A DNA stretch of 64,000 bases from Fistulifera solaris (GCA_030295235.1 AP026126.1:1364001-1428000), one strand, 5' to 3'; shown: positions 1-11,298, numbered from the stretch's first letter. The notes: a model not told the origin generated them from the letters alone. Program-made: numbers and translations.

Positions 1-582
1 TTCGGGTACGAGCCAGCTTCGACTAAATCGCTCACTCCCGCTTCTTCAGGAGACATGATTTTCAAGTGTTCTAGGACAACATCGTCAATCAAGTAATTCG
101 CTAATGCATTGGAGCTGTCTCCCACGACTTCCGAGAAACCGCACTCTTTCGTCAAGCCCCACTCTTCATCTGCTTTCTTAGCGCCAGCCTCACCTTCGCT
201 CGTCCACCCAATCAACAAGCATTTTTCGTCTTCTTTTTGTTGTGCTTTGAGGAAGTTTCCCAAGCGTTGAAGATAGTATTTGTCGTACTTACACCAGGAA
301 CCACGGAAGATGACTAAACAGAGAATATCCGGCTCTGTGGCTTTTTCAATTATCCACTATAATTAAAAGTGCGGGCGATAAAGGAATAAAGAGAGGTTTT
401 AGACGATGTAATGAATTAAAATAATGCATCGGTAATTCTTCAGCCGTTCAACATTAAAATTAACTGTGCTCTTCGCAACGGGACACGAAGAATCTACCTC
501 GCGTGCTTCGAAAAAAAACGGTGACGAAAGGCATGAAGTTCCTTACCTTTTCCGGGTCGGATACAAACGTAGCTTCAGACAT
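1..582 (-). CDS. Thioredoxin-fold AhpC/TSA (peroxiredoxin-like) protein, 3' end outside the window
   Basis: ATG at 582 (MSEATFVSDPEK), GTAAGG donor at 546, AG acceptor near 357, then WIIEKATEPDILCLVIFRGSWCKYDKYYLQRLG. This resembles the FxRGxWCPxC motif of AhpC/TSA-like proteins. The frame stays open to the window edge. Confidence 0.6.
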
Positions 583-1134
583 GATTAAAGACGTGATTTA
601 CGATGACAAAGCTCTTTCTTGTTGATTCAATTGTGATGATTGCGTTGCAATTGCACTGCAGGTGCCATCAACATCAAAAAAGTAGTGAGAGGCGGTGTTT
701 GTGTTTGCGGGCTGTTGGTACCATGCAAAGGAGTACCAGTATACTCCTTTGTACCATGCTTCGATCATTACCAGCTACCGGTCCCTGGTACAGTACTAGC
801 TAGTACTTGTACAAGTATTATCGCATCGATCATCGACCGCCGTGATGTCCGAGAGAAGGCCGCAAGCCGCAAAGGACTGTGGCTTGTGATGTACACTCTA
901 TTTGATACAGGTGAGTTAGACGAAACGTATTACACGGATCCTAAATAGGAACGAAAGAATTTTAGCGATACGAAGTACCCGAACGCGACTAACCGTAGTC
1001 GGCCAGACGAGTGATGAAAAGAAATAATAATAATAACAAAAACACGTCAAATCCGAAAAGCGTCATGTCTCCTTGCATTCTATTCGAACTCAAAAGTCTT
1101 TAGTGAGCGTCTTTGATTATTTTTAATCTATAAA

Positions 1135-2412
1135 ATGAAAGCATATATGACATTTCAGCATGGCAGCCAGCCGCTGGGGATATTGTACATGGAATTGGAA
1201 CCGAAAGTCGTTCCCAAAACAGTGCGAAATTTTGAGACATTTCTTCGAAAGGGTTACAAAGGAACGAATGTGCACCGACTGATCAAAGGCTTTATGCTTC
1301 AAGCGGGTGATATCACAGCAGGCGATGGAACAGGAGGATATTCTATTTACGGGAAAACATTTGCGGATGAAAATTTTATTCTTCGACATGATCGCCCCGG
1401 GCGTTTGAGTATGGCGAATGCGGGGCCGAATACAAATGGAAGTCAGTTTTTTATTACGTTCAAACCGACTCCTCATTTAGACGGGAAACATGTTGTGTTC
1501 GGCAGCGTAGACTTGCAGAGAAGTGGGGCGTTGTTGAAAACTCTGGAGCAAATTAAAACGCTATCAAACGACAAACCAAAACAAGAGTTGACAATTGTCG
1601 ATTGTGGTATCCTAGAGGAGGCCTCCAACAGCGCAAAAACGACAGCGGTCGCTGAAGCTGCTGATGTTGATGCAGATGAAATCGACTTGGAAGAAGAAGA
1701 GGATGTTGAGACTGGAAACGATGTTGTAGAGGAAGTTGTTGAACCGGAGGAGGAGGAGGAGGAGGAGGACTCGAAACCGTTAAGTAAATCAGAAGCGTTG
1801 AAGAGGCGATTAAGGAAGCTCAAACAAAAGGTCAACCAAGCGAGACAACTTAATAAACAGGCAGTGAAAGACGAAGGAGAACGGTCGACTGACGAGGGCA
1901 GTGCGTCTGCTCGGAAGAAATTAGCGGCTTCGAATAAAGAGGGCAAGAATTTCATCTGGGCACAACAGAATGCTAAGGCTTTGTCCATTGCCAACGAATC
2001 GGGGGTAGATGCGAAGCATCTGACAGAACAAGCTGTAGATTCAGTTTATAAGGCACGACTAGCCGCTGAACGAGCGGAAACGCAACCTCACAAGTATCTA
2101 CGAGATTTGAAATCTATTCCTCGAAATTTGCCTCAATCCTCAGAGACTGGTATTTTAACCTTCAACCCACTACAGAATGAAGTGAATCCCGACAAAGAAC
2201 GAGAGGGGGCGCGGCGGTTGGCTCTGGAAATGCACAAAAGAGTGGAGAAGAATACGAAACGATTACTTTCTGTCAAGCGCAAAGGTGGCGATGGCGGTGA
2301 CGTTTCTTACATCAACAAGCGGAATAAAATTTTCAATGAGAAAATCAGTCGTGATTATGATAAGCACACGGCGGAAATTCGAGAAAGTTTAGAACGGGGC
2401 AGCGCTTTATAA
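1135..2412 (+). CDS. Cyclophilin-type PPIase fused to a C-terminal SYF2 splicing-factor domain
   Basis: N-terminus has cyclophilin motifs ([40 protein letters not shown]), followed by an acidic linker. C-terminus [34 protein letters not shown] matches the SYF2 end motif. Confidence 0.9.
   Translation: MKAYMTFQHGSQPLGILYMELEPKVVPKTVRNFETFLRKGYKGTNVHRLIKGFMLQAGDITAGDGTGGYSIYGKTFADENFILRHDRPGRLSMANAGPNTNGSQFFITFKPTPHLDGKHVVFGSVDLQRSGALLKTLEQIKTLSNDKPKQELTIVDCGILEEASNSAKTTAVAEAADVDADEIDLEEEEDVETGNDVVEEVVEPEEEEEEEDSKPLSKSEALKRRLRKLKQKVNQARQLNKQAVKDEGERSTDEGSASARKKLAASNKEGKNFIWAQQNAKALSIANESGVDAKHLTEQAVDSVYKARLAAERAETQPHKYLRDLKSIPRNLPQSSETGILTFNPLQNEVNPDKEREGARRLALEMHKRVEKNTKRLLSVKRKGGDGGDVSYINKRNKIFNEKISRDYDKHTAEIRESLERGSAL
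1747..1769 (+). repeat. (GAG)n microsatellite encoding poly-Glu
   Basis: gaggaggaggaggaggaggagga inside the cyclophilin linker. Confidence 0.8.
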
Positions 2413-3083
2413 AAAAAATGTCTATCGATCATCTATGCCGAATGTTGGAAAACGCGCGGATCGTTTCCTTCCGACTTTACTATACTTTGTAGGCCCAAGA
2501 TTTTTCGAGCCAAACTGCTACCTAACTTCCGTTCATTCTACCAGTAGAAGATTATTGCGATGCAACGACCTTTGGCATTTTGGGTCGGTTATTGACGACT
2601 ATAACCCTTCAAGATCGCTGTGTTCATTATCGACTATATCATCAAATTGTAGGCGACGTTTCACCACGACTGCATTCAGTCATGAATAACGATTCTCTTC
2701 CGCGACGCTGAAGGAGCTTCGTAGGCTACATGTCATGCTTTTTCATTAGGATGAAATATTGACAGCTTTACAATGCGCATATCGGGCAAATATCCCGTTG
2801 GTCTCTCGTCTCTACGTAGAAACGTCAAGATCTTTGTGGATCAAAATCGAAGTCGCAATTACTATAGTTCCAGTATGTTGGCTTGATTGATTGATTGATT
2901 GAGGCGAGGGCCGCCCGCCCATCCATCGTCCGTCACATTTCGCCGCTCCGCATTTGCCGCCTTCACAACAACAAAAAAGTGTTACAAGTACTTTGTAGTT
3001 GTTGCCATACCTCTAGTACTCCGTACAAAATTGTTTCTTTTGATTGAGCTTTGTGTATTTACTCTGCATATATTTACGAAAAT

Positions 3084-5561
3084 ATGACGGCCATGGACTG
3101 GAATGACCTCGCGGCTCGACCTCTATCAAGTGTTGGAGGAACTTCGGGAAATGCTAGAACTCCTCATGATTTCCTCCCTTCTTCCGGAGATCAGAATCTA
3201 ATGGGAGACCTGCCGCGCTGGATGAATCAAAGCTGGAACACAAATGCACCAGAATCATCATCCCATGGACAAGCGTCTGAAACGCTTAACTTTGAAAGCT
3301 TGGAAGATCATCTGTTGCATCACGAACAAAGTATCATGACCAGAATCTTACACGAGGCAACAGAACAAGCCATTGCTAGTGCAGATGCGATGATTGAAGC
3401 GCAGCTTCAGTCTGCTTGGGAGAAGGAACGCGAACGCTGGAAGAAAGAATGGTTTGGTTCCGTTGTGCGTCGTCATCCGAACCGTCACGGTGCTCTATTG
3501 GAAACCAACAGTGCCGCAGCGGGCCTGCTGGTTGCCAAAAATGACAATGATCCTTCTATTGAAACCTCCACCCGCGGATCTACGTTACTTGCGTTGCCGT
3601 CCTTGTGGCAGCCCAAGCCCGCTGACGGACGATTGCCTCCTACCCAGGCCCCACTGGACATTGCGTCGGCATCAGCTCACCTCCAAATCTTTCAGCGGAT
3701 GGAAAATTCTGACAGGGCAGTGAACGAATTTCTCAATTTACTTACACCCCAACCAAATATTCCAAGCTCTCCTGTTGACTTGGGATATCGGTTTGCCTGG
3801 CAACTTAACAGAGACTTGCTTCGTCACAAACGATCTTTGACGCTGTCACCGGTTGCGCAAGCAACGGCCGCGTTGGAGCATCTTTGTTTGAACTTTCAAT
3901 CCATGATAGCGAATCGTATTCGTATTGATCAAACAATTGCACCACATCATTTCCGGAATAATATAGCCAATCAGTGCATGCTTTTCTGCAAGCTGCTATT
4001 GGCTGGGGATCAGCAATCCGTGTGGCCGCCCGTGTTTTATTGCTTGCGCTGCGGTGATGCTGTGGCCGCTCTCGAAATTTACCAAACGACTTTAGAACCA
4101 AATGCTGCCGTGCTCCAACTACTAATGAGTCTTGCCGGTAAGCAAGGGAGCTTACCGACAGTTTGGTCTCCTCCAGACACTACTTCGCATGGATTGATTG
4201 TTACGCCGTCTCCGGCAGACCGCCGATCCGTCGGTGATCTTTGGGAAAACTGTCAGTATCGAGACAGACCGGTTGATCATCACGAACAAGGTGTCTATGC
4301 CTTACTGTCTGGAGTCGCGTTGCTCCCCGCCTCCGAAGGCAGCAGTGTCCCTGGGCTTTCGACCATCGAGGACTATTTAGTGGGCGCCATTTGGAAATGT
4401 TTGTCACAGCCAAACCCTGCTCAAGAATTAGAGAATCTTGCTGCTACGATCCGCGACTTTGGTCCGGACTACTTTGGGAGCCCTGGCTCCGGAGGATGGG
4501 ACTTTGCTCGTCCCCTTTTCTTGACTCAGCAGTATGAGCGAGCACTGTTACATTTGACCGAGTCAGGGGGTGTCAATGGTCTTTTGCAAGCCACGCATTT
4601 GGCTTATGTCATGATTACCAGTGGTGTTTTACCCCGAGAATCTCTGAGTGATTCGATTGTTACCTCGTTGTTGGTCTCGTACGCACAACAGCTTGTGGGA
4701 GCGGCAAATCTGGGTCCCAAAGCATCGTTGGAATATGTTGCCCGTATTCCTGATCGACGTCAAGCGCGACAAGAAGTTTCGAAAATTATTTCGAGTACTG
4801 GCAAAATCTTTGAGTTGGTTGGAAGTATCAGTTCCGAAGGAACAAGGGTTAGAAGTGAATCGGTCATAGACATGTACTTCTCAGAGTCCGAAGTTTCCAT
4901 GTTACTTGCGGAAGCTGCCGAACTGATGCTTCATGGCAACTACCAACAGGGAACGTCGAAGACGCATTCGGTAGGCCTCGCGGCCATGTGTTATATGTTG
5001 GCTGGACGTTACAGTGATGTCGTGAGTCAGCTCAATCAAATGATTGCACCTCCCGAGAAATCCGATGAGAACCGAACATTTTGGTTGCAGCAAGTCAAAG
5101 ACTTTCGTGATACATATCTGAGCAAGAAGACAGAAGTTTTGGTAGCGTTGGAAAGGGATGGCGCCCAGCTACTGGACACAAACAACATATTGGTCGAATT
5201 GAACAAGTTCTTCATCGCGCAGCAGCAAGGCCAGTTTCAAGAAGCTTGGAGTATGATCGACCGACTCAACTTGCTACCAACTGCGCAAGCTGATTTGGGT
5301 TCGAAAGAACGCAGCTATCAGAGTCTCGATCCGCTGGTGAAACAGTCCTTCCCTGCGATCCTCGTCGCATCAATGGAAATGCTTCATGGCGATTATCGTC
5401 GATTGAAAATGCAAGTTCAACCCAATACTGAGGGAATTGTGCGCGATCGTTTGGGGCAGATTCGGGCAAGAGCCAGTTTGTTCGTCACCCTAGCTGGCTT
5501 GGTAGACGTTGCTCCAGACGAAATGGAGAAGATTTCCCGGCTAGGATCGCTCATGATTTAA
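3084..5561 (+). CDS. NUP93: Nucleoporin Nup93/Nic96
   Basis: WEKERERW coiled segment, VWPPVFYCLRCGDAVAA, STIEDYL, LFLTQQYERALLHL and ATHLA are Nic96-family motifs. The first ATG is at 3084. Confidence 0.85.
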   Translation: MTAMDWNDLAARPLSSVGGTSGNARTPHDFLPSSGDQNLMGDLPRWMNQSWNTNAPESSSHGQASETLNFESLEDHLLHHEQSIMTRILHEATEQAIASADAMIEAQLQSAWEKERERWKKEWFGSVVRRHPNRHGALLETNSAAAGLLVAKNDNDPSIETSTRGSTLLALPSLWQPKPADGRLPPTQAPLDIASASAHLQIFQRMENSDRAVNEFLNLLTPQPNIPSSPVDLGYRFAWQLNRDLLRHKRSLTLSPVAQATAALEHLCLNFQSMIANRIRIDQTIAPHHFRNNIANQCMLFCKLLLAGDQQSVWPPVFYCLRCGDAVAALEIYQTTLEPNAAVLQLLMSLAGKQGSLPTVWSPPDTTSHGLIVTPSPADRRSVGDLWENCQYRDRPVDHHEQGVYALLSGVALLPASEGSSVPGLSTIEDYLVGAIWKCLSQPNPAQELENLAATIRDFGPDYFGSPGSGGWDFARPLFLTQQYERALLHLTESGGVNGLLQATHLAYVMITSGVLPRESLSDSIVTSLLVSYAQQLVGAANLGPKASLEYVARIPDRRQARQEVSKIISSTGKIFELVGSISSEGTRVRSESVIDMYFSESEVSMLLAEAAELMLHGNYQQGTSKTHSVGLAAMCYMLAGRYSDVVSQLNQMIAPPEKSDENRTFWLQQVKDFRDTYLSKKTEVLVALERDGAQLLDTNNILVELNKFFIAQQQGQFQEAWSMIDRLNLLPTAQADLGSKERSYQSLDPLVKQSFPAILVASMEMLHGDYRRLKMQVQPNTEGIVRDRLGQIRARASLFVTLAGLVDVAPDEMEKISRLGSLMI

Positions 5562-5616
5562 ATGCTAACATCACAAATAATAGGAGATGCGTTGATTAGT
5601 TGTTTTTACAGCGCTT

Positions 5617-6442
5617 TTACTTCAGTCTCTTCCTTCGCCATTTGTACTGAGCTGGCTGCCCTTGCTCGGCTTCCTTAATTTTTCGTTTTCGGCCCTTTCC
5701 TGCCACTAATTTCTCTGTGAGTAGATGTGCTTCTGCTCGACTCATTGCAGCCGCGCGTTTCTCCCTTGCTTTCAGTTCACGATACGAACTTTCTTTGGCT
5801 CTTGCCAACTTCTTTGCTGCTTTTTTTGCTTGTACCATTTGAGCCACCAAATCTTCTCGAGACTGCACTAAGTCTTCATCGTCGTCCGACTCCGCACCCC
5901 CAAGACATTTGACTGTAAGCTTTCGATCTTTTGACGATTGTATGCTCGTCCAACAAGCTCTGGTAATGTACCAAAGTGAGAAGCTGCATCAAAATTCTCC
6001 GCAGCCTCCTTGTCAGCAACAAAAATGGTATGTTTTCTCTTTTGTGCTGGCACATCCAAGCCGTGCAGAGTCGCTCGCAATTTCTCGACCTTCTTTTTGT
6101 CTTTTTGTTTCTGCATACGAATGTAACTGAGGTCCTGGTCCTTCATGATTCGTATAGTGTCGGATCCGAGTTCTTCCTCGAATTTCCGTTGCTCCGCTTC
6201 CTTCGTTCTCCGATGCTTTCCGTCCTGAACTTGCGCGTTGTGCATCCCAAAATAGAATTCTTCAGGATTTTTCATGGATGCTTTTAGCTTCATCGCGTTA
6301 ATGCGATCTTCCTTTTGTGATAATCTTTCGCTCGAACGACATAGTCTTTCTTCTTTTGCAAAAAACCCATGTGCGATCGGTGCTGCGGCTGCGAGCGCTC
6401 CTTGTGCGTGATGCGTTTGACCGCATTCCGAAGCGACGACAT
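5617..6442 (-). CDS. UTP11: U3 snoRNA-associated protein 11 (apparent frameshifts)
   Basis: ATG at 6442 reads [42 protein letters not shown]. After a slip at an A-run near 6313 it reads [14 protein letters not shown], and it ends [10 protein letters not shown]...[10 protein letters not shown]. There is a second slip near 5880. Confidence 0.9.
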
Positions 6443-6833
6443 GCTTATCACGCAATGTTCGGTAAAACGGAGTACAAGTCCTTTCTTATTCTGTTTTCGA
6501 AAAACGAGTTGATGTTGCTCAAGTGCAAGTTCTGTTCAATAAAAAAAGCAAAATTTCCTTTTCGTGGTCAAGATTCAAGATTGGTGATTGAGGCACATGG
6601 AATACGGAACTTGTTTGTGATTTGAAGTTCAAGAGTAAAATTCCTCATTCCTTAGCAACGGAATATCACTGACGTCACGATTGGCCTGACTTTGTATGTT
6701 GCAAAAGTGTTCAAGAATAATCACTATCCGTGCGAGCGTGCGGACCTGTGCGGAGAGGCTGTGTGCAACCGTATTATGAACCTTTCCACCATTCATAAAA
6801 TAATTGCAACCCGTGCAAATGTTGATATCGAAA

Positions 6834-7548
6834 ATGAAGCTCTTCAAAGCATCTGCATTTCTTTCGGCTGTCGCACATGCGGCGGCCTTTACTTGTCGCA
6901 GCGCTTTCGGTGTGCGCTCAATGTCTGCTCTCGGAATTGCCGTAGGCGACAAGATCCCTGACGTTGGTCTTATGAAAGGCTTCCCTGATGTCAAGACGAC
7001 CAGTGTTGCTGACTATGCCAAGGGCAAGAATGTTATCATTGTTGGGCTCCCCGGAGCCTTTACACCCACCTGATCTTCAGTGCAGGTCCCGGGTTACCTC
7101 GAGAAGGCTGGTAAGTCAAGTAGAATGCTTTTCGACCTCCTGAATTTATTCCATAAAAACCTAACAATTCATTTACTCTCACTTCAACCCAATAGATGCC
7201 CTCAAGAGCGCCGGGATCGACGGAGTACTTGTGTACTGCGTCAACGACCCCGCTGTCATGCAGGCCTGGAGTGAAAACCAGGGTGTCAAGGGTGACTTTG
7301 TTACCCTCATGGGTGATCCATCGGGTGCCTTCACCAAGGCCCTCGACTTGGAGATGACCCATCCCGGCCCCGTTTCGGTCGGTATCATTGGTCGCAGTAA
7401 GCGCTTTGCTTTGATCGTCAAAGACGGTACTGTGACTCATGTTGCCGTCAGTGAGGCCGAAGGTGACCCAGCCGGTGACTCCGATCCTTCTGCATCTTTG
7501 GCTGAAGCTATGCTCGAGGCCATTGAGAAAGGTGTCCTTTCCAAATAA
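6834..7548 (+). CDS. Plastid-targeted type II peroxiredoxin (Prx5-like), selenoprotein with Sec at TGA 7071-7073
   Basis: Presequence MKLFKASAFLSAVAHAAA-F. The active site reads GLPGAFTPT-TGA-SSVQVPGY where the family has PGAFTPTCS. Intron 7111-7195 (GTAAG..AATAG), then YCVNDPAVMQAW, MGDPSGAFTKAL, RSKRFALIV. Confidence 0.9.
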
Positions 7549-7583
7549 ATTGTAGGCTATAGTTGGCGAGCACCAATATTAGA

Positions 7584-7663
7584 ATGGTCACACAGAGACT
7601 ACGCATCGAGCTGAATGATGTCCATGTCGTCTATGACTATGGGCTGAGCAAGCATTTGACCGT
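7584..7663 (+). promoter_or_regulatory. Candidate SECIS element 1 (no apical AA)
   Basis: ATGA 7615-7618 pairs with TGAG 7645-7648 as the core. Upper stem GTCCATGTCG/TGACTATGGGC, lower stems GCT/AGC and ATGGTCA/TGACCGT. Lies in the 3' UTR of the TGA-containing Prx. Confidence 0.5.
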
Positions 7664-7711
7664 ACTTTCTTTGTGGTTGTTGTTGTATTGGTGCTTGTCT
7701 GTGGTTGATGC

Positions 7712-7784
7712 TGTTTCCAGTATCACGGAATGACGTCGCTCTTGTAAAATCTCCAATTCAACCCGAGAGACTGATATCGAAACG
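7712..7784 (+). promoter_or_regulatory. Candidate SECIS element 2 (canonical AA spacing)
   Basis: ATGA 7730-7733, 12 nt, AAAA 7746-7749, TGAT 7772-7775. Stem GTCGCTC/GAGAGAC with one mismatch, lower stem GTTTC/GAAAC. Confidence 0.55.
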
Positions 7785-7919
7785 AATTGGCCAAATGGCG
7801 TCGGTTACAGACTCTGCAGTATATGTAGCCTATATTCAATTAACTTAGAATACAATCAATCATATGTGGAGTATTTTAATATCGTGTAAGGTAGTTACTG
7901 CTCCACATGTGCTGATTGT

Positions 7920-8998
7920 TTATTCGACGGGTTCAAATTTGCTGCCGAGTTCGGAAAGCTTCTTGTGAGCTTTTAGCGTACGACTCGAAGAAAGCATCTT
8001 GCGAGTCGCGAAACTTTTCGGCGAATGGTTTGAAGCCGTCGTCGTCAAACAAAGTTTTGTCCGTAGACAACTTGAGAAGTTCAGGGTCAGCCTTCGAGTC
8101 CGCCATCGTAGTGAAGTACGAGTTGTCAAAAACGACTATCCAATGAAAGGAAAAGAACAAAGGATGTGTGAGTGTAATACACGAAGCCAAGGACGAGAAA
8201 ACGATCATCACTTACGCCAGCGCTCGGTCCAACTGCTGCCACCAGGATTGTACTTGGCTTCAGTCCCATCAGCTCGAATTTGCTTACTTCCGTTCGTGAA
8301 CTTGGTTTCTGTTGCGCCGAGACCCGAGCGATCCTTGTACGCGCGTCCGAATGTATGAGCTCCGCTCAAGGCAACAATCTCTTCATCGTTAAGTCCCATG
8401 CGGTAGAAAACTTTTCGCAAGTGGCCATTGGGAGTCTTGTCCTCAGTTGATGCCGTGCCACCCGGTCCGCCGTATTTTCCCTCCGGAGAAGGCTCGGCAT
8501 CGGGAAGATTTCCTTCCTTGCTGCACTGGTGCGGACCAGTAGTGTCGCAGCGACCGTACTTCATATCGATTTTGGGTCCACCCGCGAGTTCGATGGAACG
8601 CGCTGACGCCATTTGGAAGATGTCAGCGTAACTAACATCAGGGAAGGCAGCTTTGACAGGCTCTAAGAGTTTAACGGCACCTGCCAGACCTGCGTTTGCG
8701 CCGTGATTGATTTCGGGCTCGAATCGGATAGAGCCAACAGCACCTCCTGCAGCGGGCCACTCTTCCTTGATCGATGCATCATAGGTACCTGCATCGTGCC
8801 AAGCGAGGCGGACCATGACAGGGCCGCAGTTTCGCTCGAGAAGGATCTTGTCAATCATTTCTTGGGCTCCTTCGAGGTCGGCCCGGGTTACTTGAAGAGG
8901 GAGACACGCGACGAAATGGCAGGCTTGTTCTGCACGAAAGCCGCCACATCGCTGGTGCAAAGAGCAAGGACGAGGAAGGTGAACGTGGAAAGTTTCAT
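7920..8998 (-). CDS. APX: Plastid-targeted ascorbate peroxidase (class I heme peroxidase)
   Basis: ATG 8998 MKLSTFTFLVLALCTSDVAA-F presequence. Motifs VRLAWHDAGTYD, HGANAGL, SYADIFQMAS, EIVALSGAHTFGRA, FDNSYF and HKKLSELG. Intron about 8138-8215; single-base slips near 8900 and 7972. Confidence 0.9.
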
Positions 8999-9473
8999 GA
9001 TTGCGCAAAGATGCTGAGAAAGTTGCCGTATCTTGTATGATTTGTAAGACAATAATGAGATTCGAGTCAGAGGTGCGAAGGTCGGCAGTTTTTTTACCTT
9101 TTCCTTGCACAGACATCATCCGTCAGCCATCATCACCATTATCTTGTGGTTCGGACCTACAGTGAGCAGTCTACACGTTAGGCCTATACGATCGATTTCG
9201 AGGATCTTCGTTGGCGTTCCCTTGTTCTCCCATTGGCACAAATTCTGGACCCGAAGGTTCAGGTTCAAACAATTTTAGTGATAACCTTAGTCTAGAATGC
9301 AAAGTTTCACTTTATTCACCACTAACGCGTTACGCGTTGCCAAGGTTGATACAATAATTTATTTGATTGGGAATAAAACGAATAGCGCACCAGGATTTAC
9401 CTTTTGATCAAATGTTGTTTCTTGAAAGACGACTAAATAACCAAGCTTAAGGTACATTAACTCAAGCTATTTA

Positions 9474-10748
9474 TTACCCAATTCCGGTTTGCAAGTTTCT
9501 TCGACAAAGCGGGCAAGTTGTTCGTTTAGCTCGCCTTCTTCGCCACGATGAACTCGTTTCTGGATTACTACTACCTTGCCATCTTCCTCCAATCCACCTT
9601 GCAATGCACTGCTGATGAAATAAATGATCACACTTCGTAGCACGCACAATTTCTTCGTCAGCGTCTCCCATCTCTTCCTTCTCGCCGCTTTCAATATCGC
9701 ACTGGAATCTTTCATCCTCTTCTTTGATTTGAAAATCACTCATACAAATGGCGCACTCGTGAACACCCCGTGCATCACGTCCTTTTTCCATCTTTTTCTC
9801 GCCCTTCGATATAATCCAGACCGAATTTGTATAGCCTTGACCTCCACCTTCCTTTCGTCTTACAAGTTGCACTGTCTCTAGTTGGTCGATTATCTCCCCA
9901 GCTGATACGGTCGGCGCACCTGATAATAAGGTCTCTTCCTCTTCTCGAAAACGTTCTTGTAACAGATTCAGCGCTTCCTGATCTGCCGTCACTTGTCTCA
10001 GAAACCAAAGATATACACACGGCAAACAAAGAAGAGGCAGTATCAAACTCAGTGTAAAAATCTCCAATGCGGCGACATATACCGAGAGCGCGGGGTATAA
10101 ATTAGGACAAGTAGCAGTACATGTCCCCAGGTGTTCGCCGCTTGAGTTGGTGTCATCTCCTTTCTGTCCAACGGGGATACTGTCTTCGTCCTCTCTACAG
10201 GTCTGTACCAGTGTTATTCCAGCATAAACGTACAAAAGAGCCAAGGTGTGAAAAATTTGATCGTATCGTCGAACAATCAATGGGCGATTCGGTCCATCTC
10301 GTGATCGATCGTATGAAAACATAAAAGCTCGAATGCTGGTGTGCGTAGGTACATAAACTATCCAGAAAATTGTGGCCGCCGCAAATGATTTGATAGGTCG
10401 AGAGCATGGTTTGTTGATGTCGAGTAAAAGTGCGTATAGGAACCACAAAAGGGCAAGGAACGCAAGAGTACCTGTGGGTACGATCGGCCACGTGATGATA
10501 GCAAACAGACACCGCAAACGTGTTGTAAGCGTAGACAGTGTCCTGTTTTCGGTCTCATCATCACTTTGTACAGATTGCTGCCCATCATCATCGACGTTAT
10601 TTCCGAGTAGATGGTTATTACGGGTCAATGCAGCATCAAGGTGCGTTCCGTAAGAGAATCGAGACATTTCATCAGCGTCTGATCTGCTTCCCGGATCACG
10701 CGGTGAACTGGATCGTAAGCGAGTGCTTTCGTCCGGCATTACATCCAT
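9474..10748 (-). CDS. Multi-pass membrane RING-H2 E3 ubiquitin ligase
   Basis: About four hydrophobic segments, then CAIC...CDHLFHQQC..W...CPLCR (RING-H2 with loop insertions). Confidence 0.85.
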   Translation of the reverse strand: MDVMPDESTRLRSSSPRDPGSRSDADEMSRFSYGTHLDAALTRNNHLLGNNVDDDGQQSVQSDDETENRTLSTLTTRLRCLFAIITWPIVPTGTLAFLALLWFLYALLLDINKPCSRPIKSFAAATIFWIVYVPTHTSIRAFMFSYDRSRDGPNRPLIVRRYDQIFHTLALLYVYAGITLVQTCREDEDSIPVGQKGDDTNSSGEHLGTCTATCPNLYPALSVYVAALEIFTLSLILPLLCLPCVYLWFLRQVTADQEALNLLQERFREEEETLLSGAPTVSAGEIIDQLETVQLVRRKEGGGQGYTNSVWIISKGEKKMEKGRDARGVHECAICMSDFQIKEEDERFQCDIESGEKEEMGDADEEIVRATKCDHLFHQQCIARWIGGRWQGSSNPETSSSWRRRRAKRTTCPLCRRNLQTGIG

Positions 10749-11298
10749 TGTTGAGTACCAGGTACGATTGGGTGACTTCAGCCAGCGTTGTATTCGTGTA
10801 ACGTCGATGGTGGTTTGGCTCGGTTCCTTTTGTCCATTTTTGATCTTTCGACGTGATGATTACTTTCGTTTCGGTGCGTGAATACCACAAGAAAATGTCG
10901 GACGTCGTACCAGTACCGCCTACTGTATGACTGACACTCTTGCTTCCAGGTCGACACTTGACACCACGGTCATTCATTACAATAAGCTGCACAGTCCAAC
11001 TCCAACAGGTATCCGTTGGGTTCAACTGAAAACAATCGCTTAAGTGTTGCAACCGCAAATAAAATACTCGTATACGATAATGAATATATATAAAACTGAA
11101 TGTTGACTCTCTGCATAGCCACATTTTGCGCATCGTTGCAGAACGTTGGAGGTGCGCCATTTGTTCTGCTGTCACTGAAAAATCAAACTGCTCACAGTCC
11201 TTGCAAGGTTATTGCAAAGATTTCACACCTTGTGTTATTTTGTTGCATTATTTAGCAACTGTTTCAAGGCGTGTTTACTCGGAGAAAAGATTGCAACC

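Noticed and set aside
1123..1994. Antisense ORFs over the cyclophilin gene, and similar shadow ORFs throughout the window
   Set aside because: They are reverse-frame shadows of real genes (for example poly-Ser opposite poly-Glu).
2884..2901. (GATT)n tract, and the (CAT)n tract near 18234-18250
   Set aside because: Ordinary short microsatellites with no further structure.
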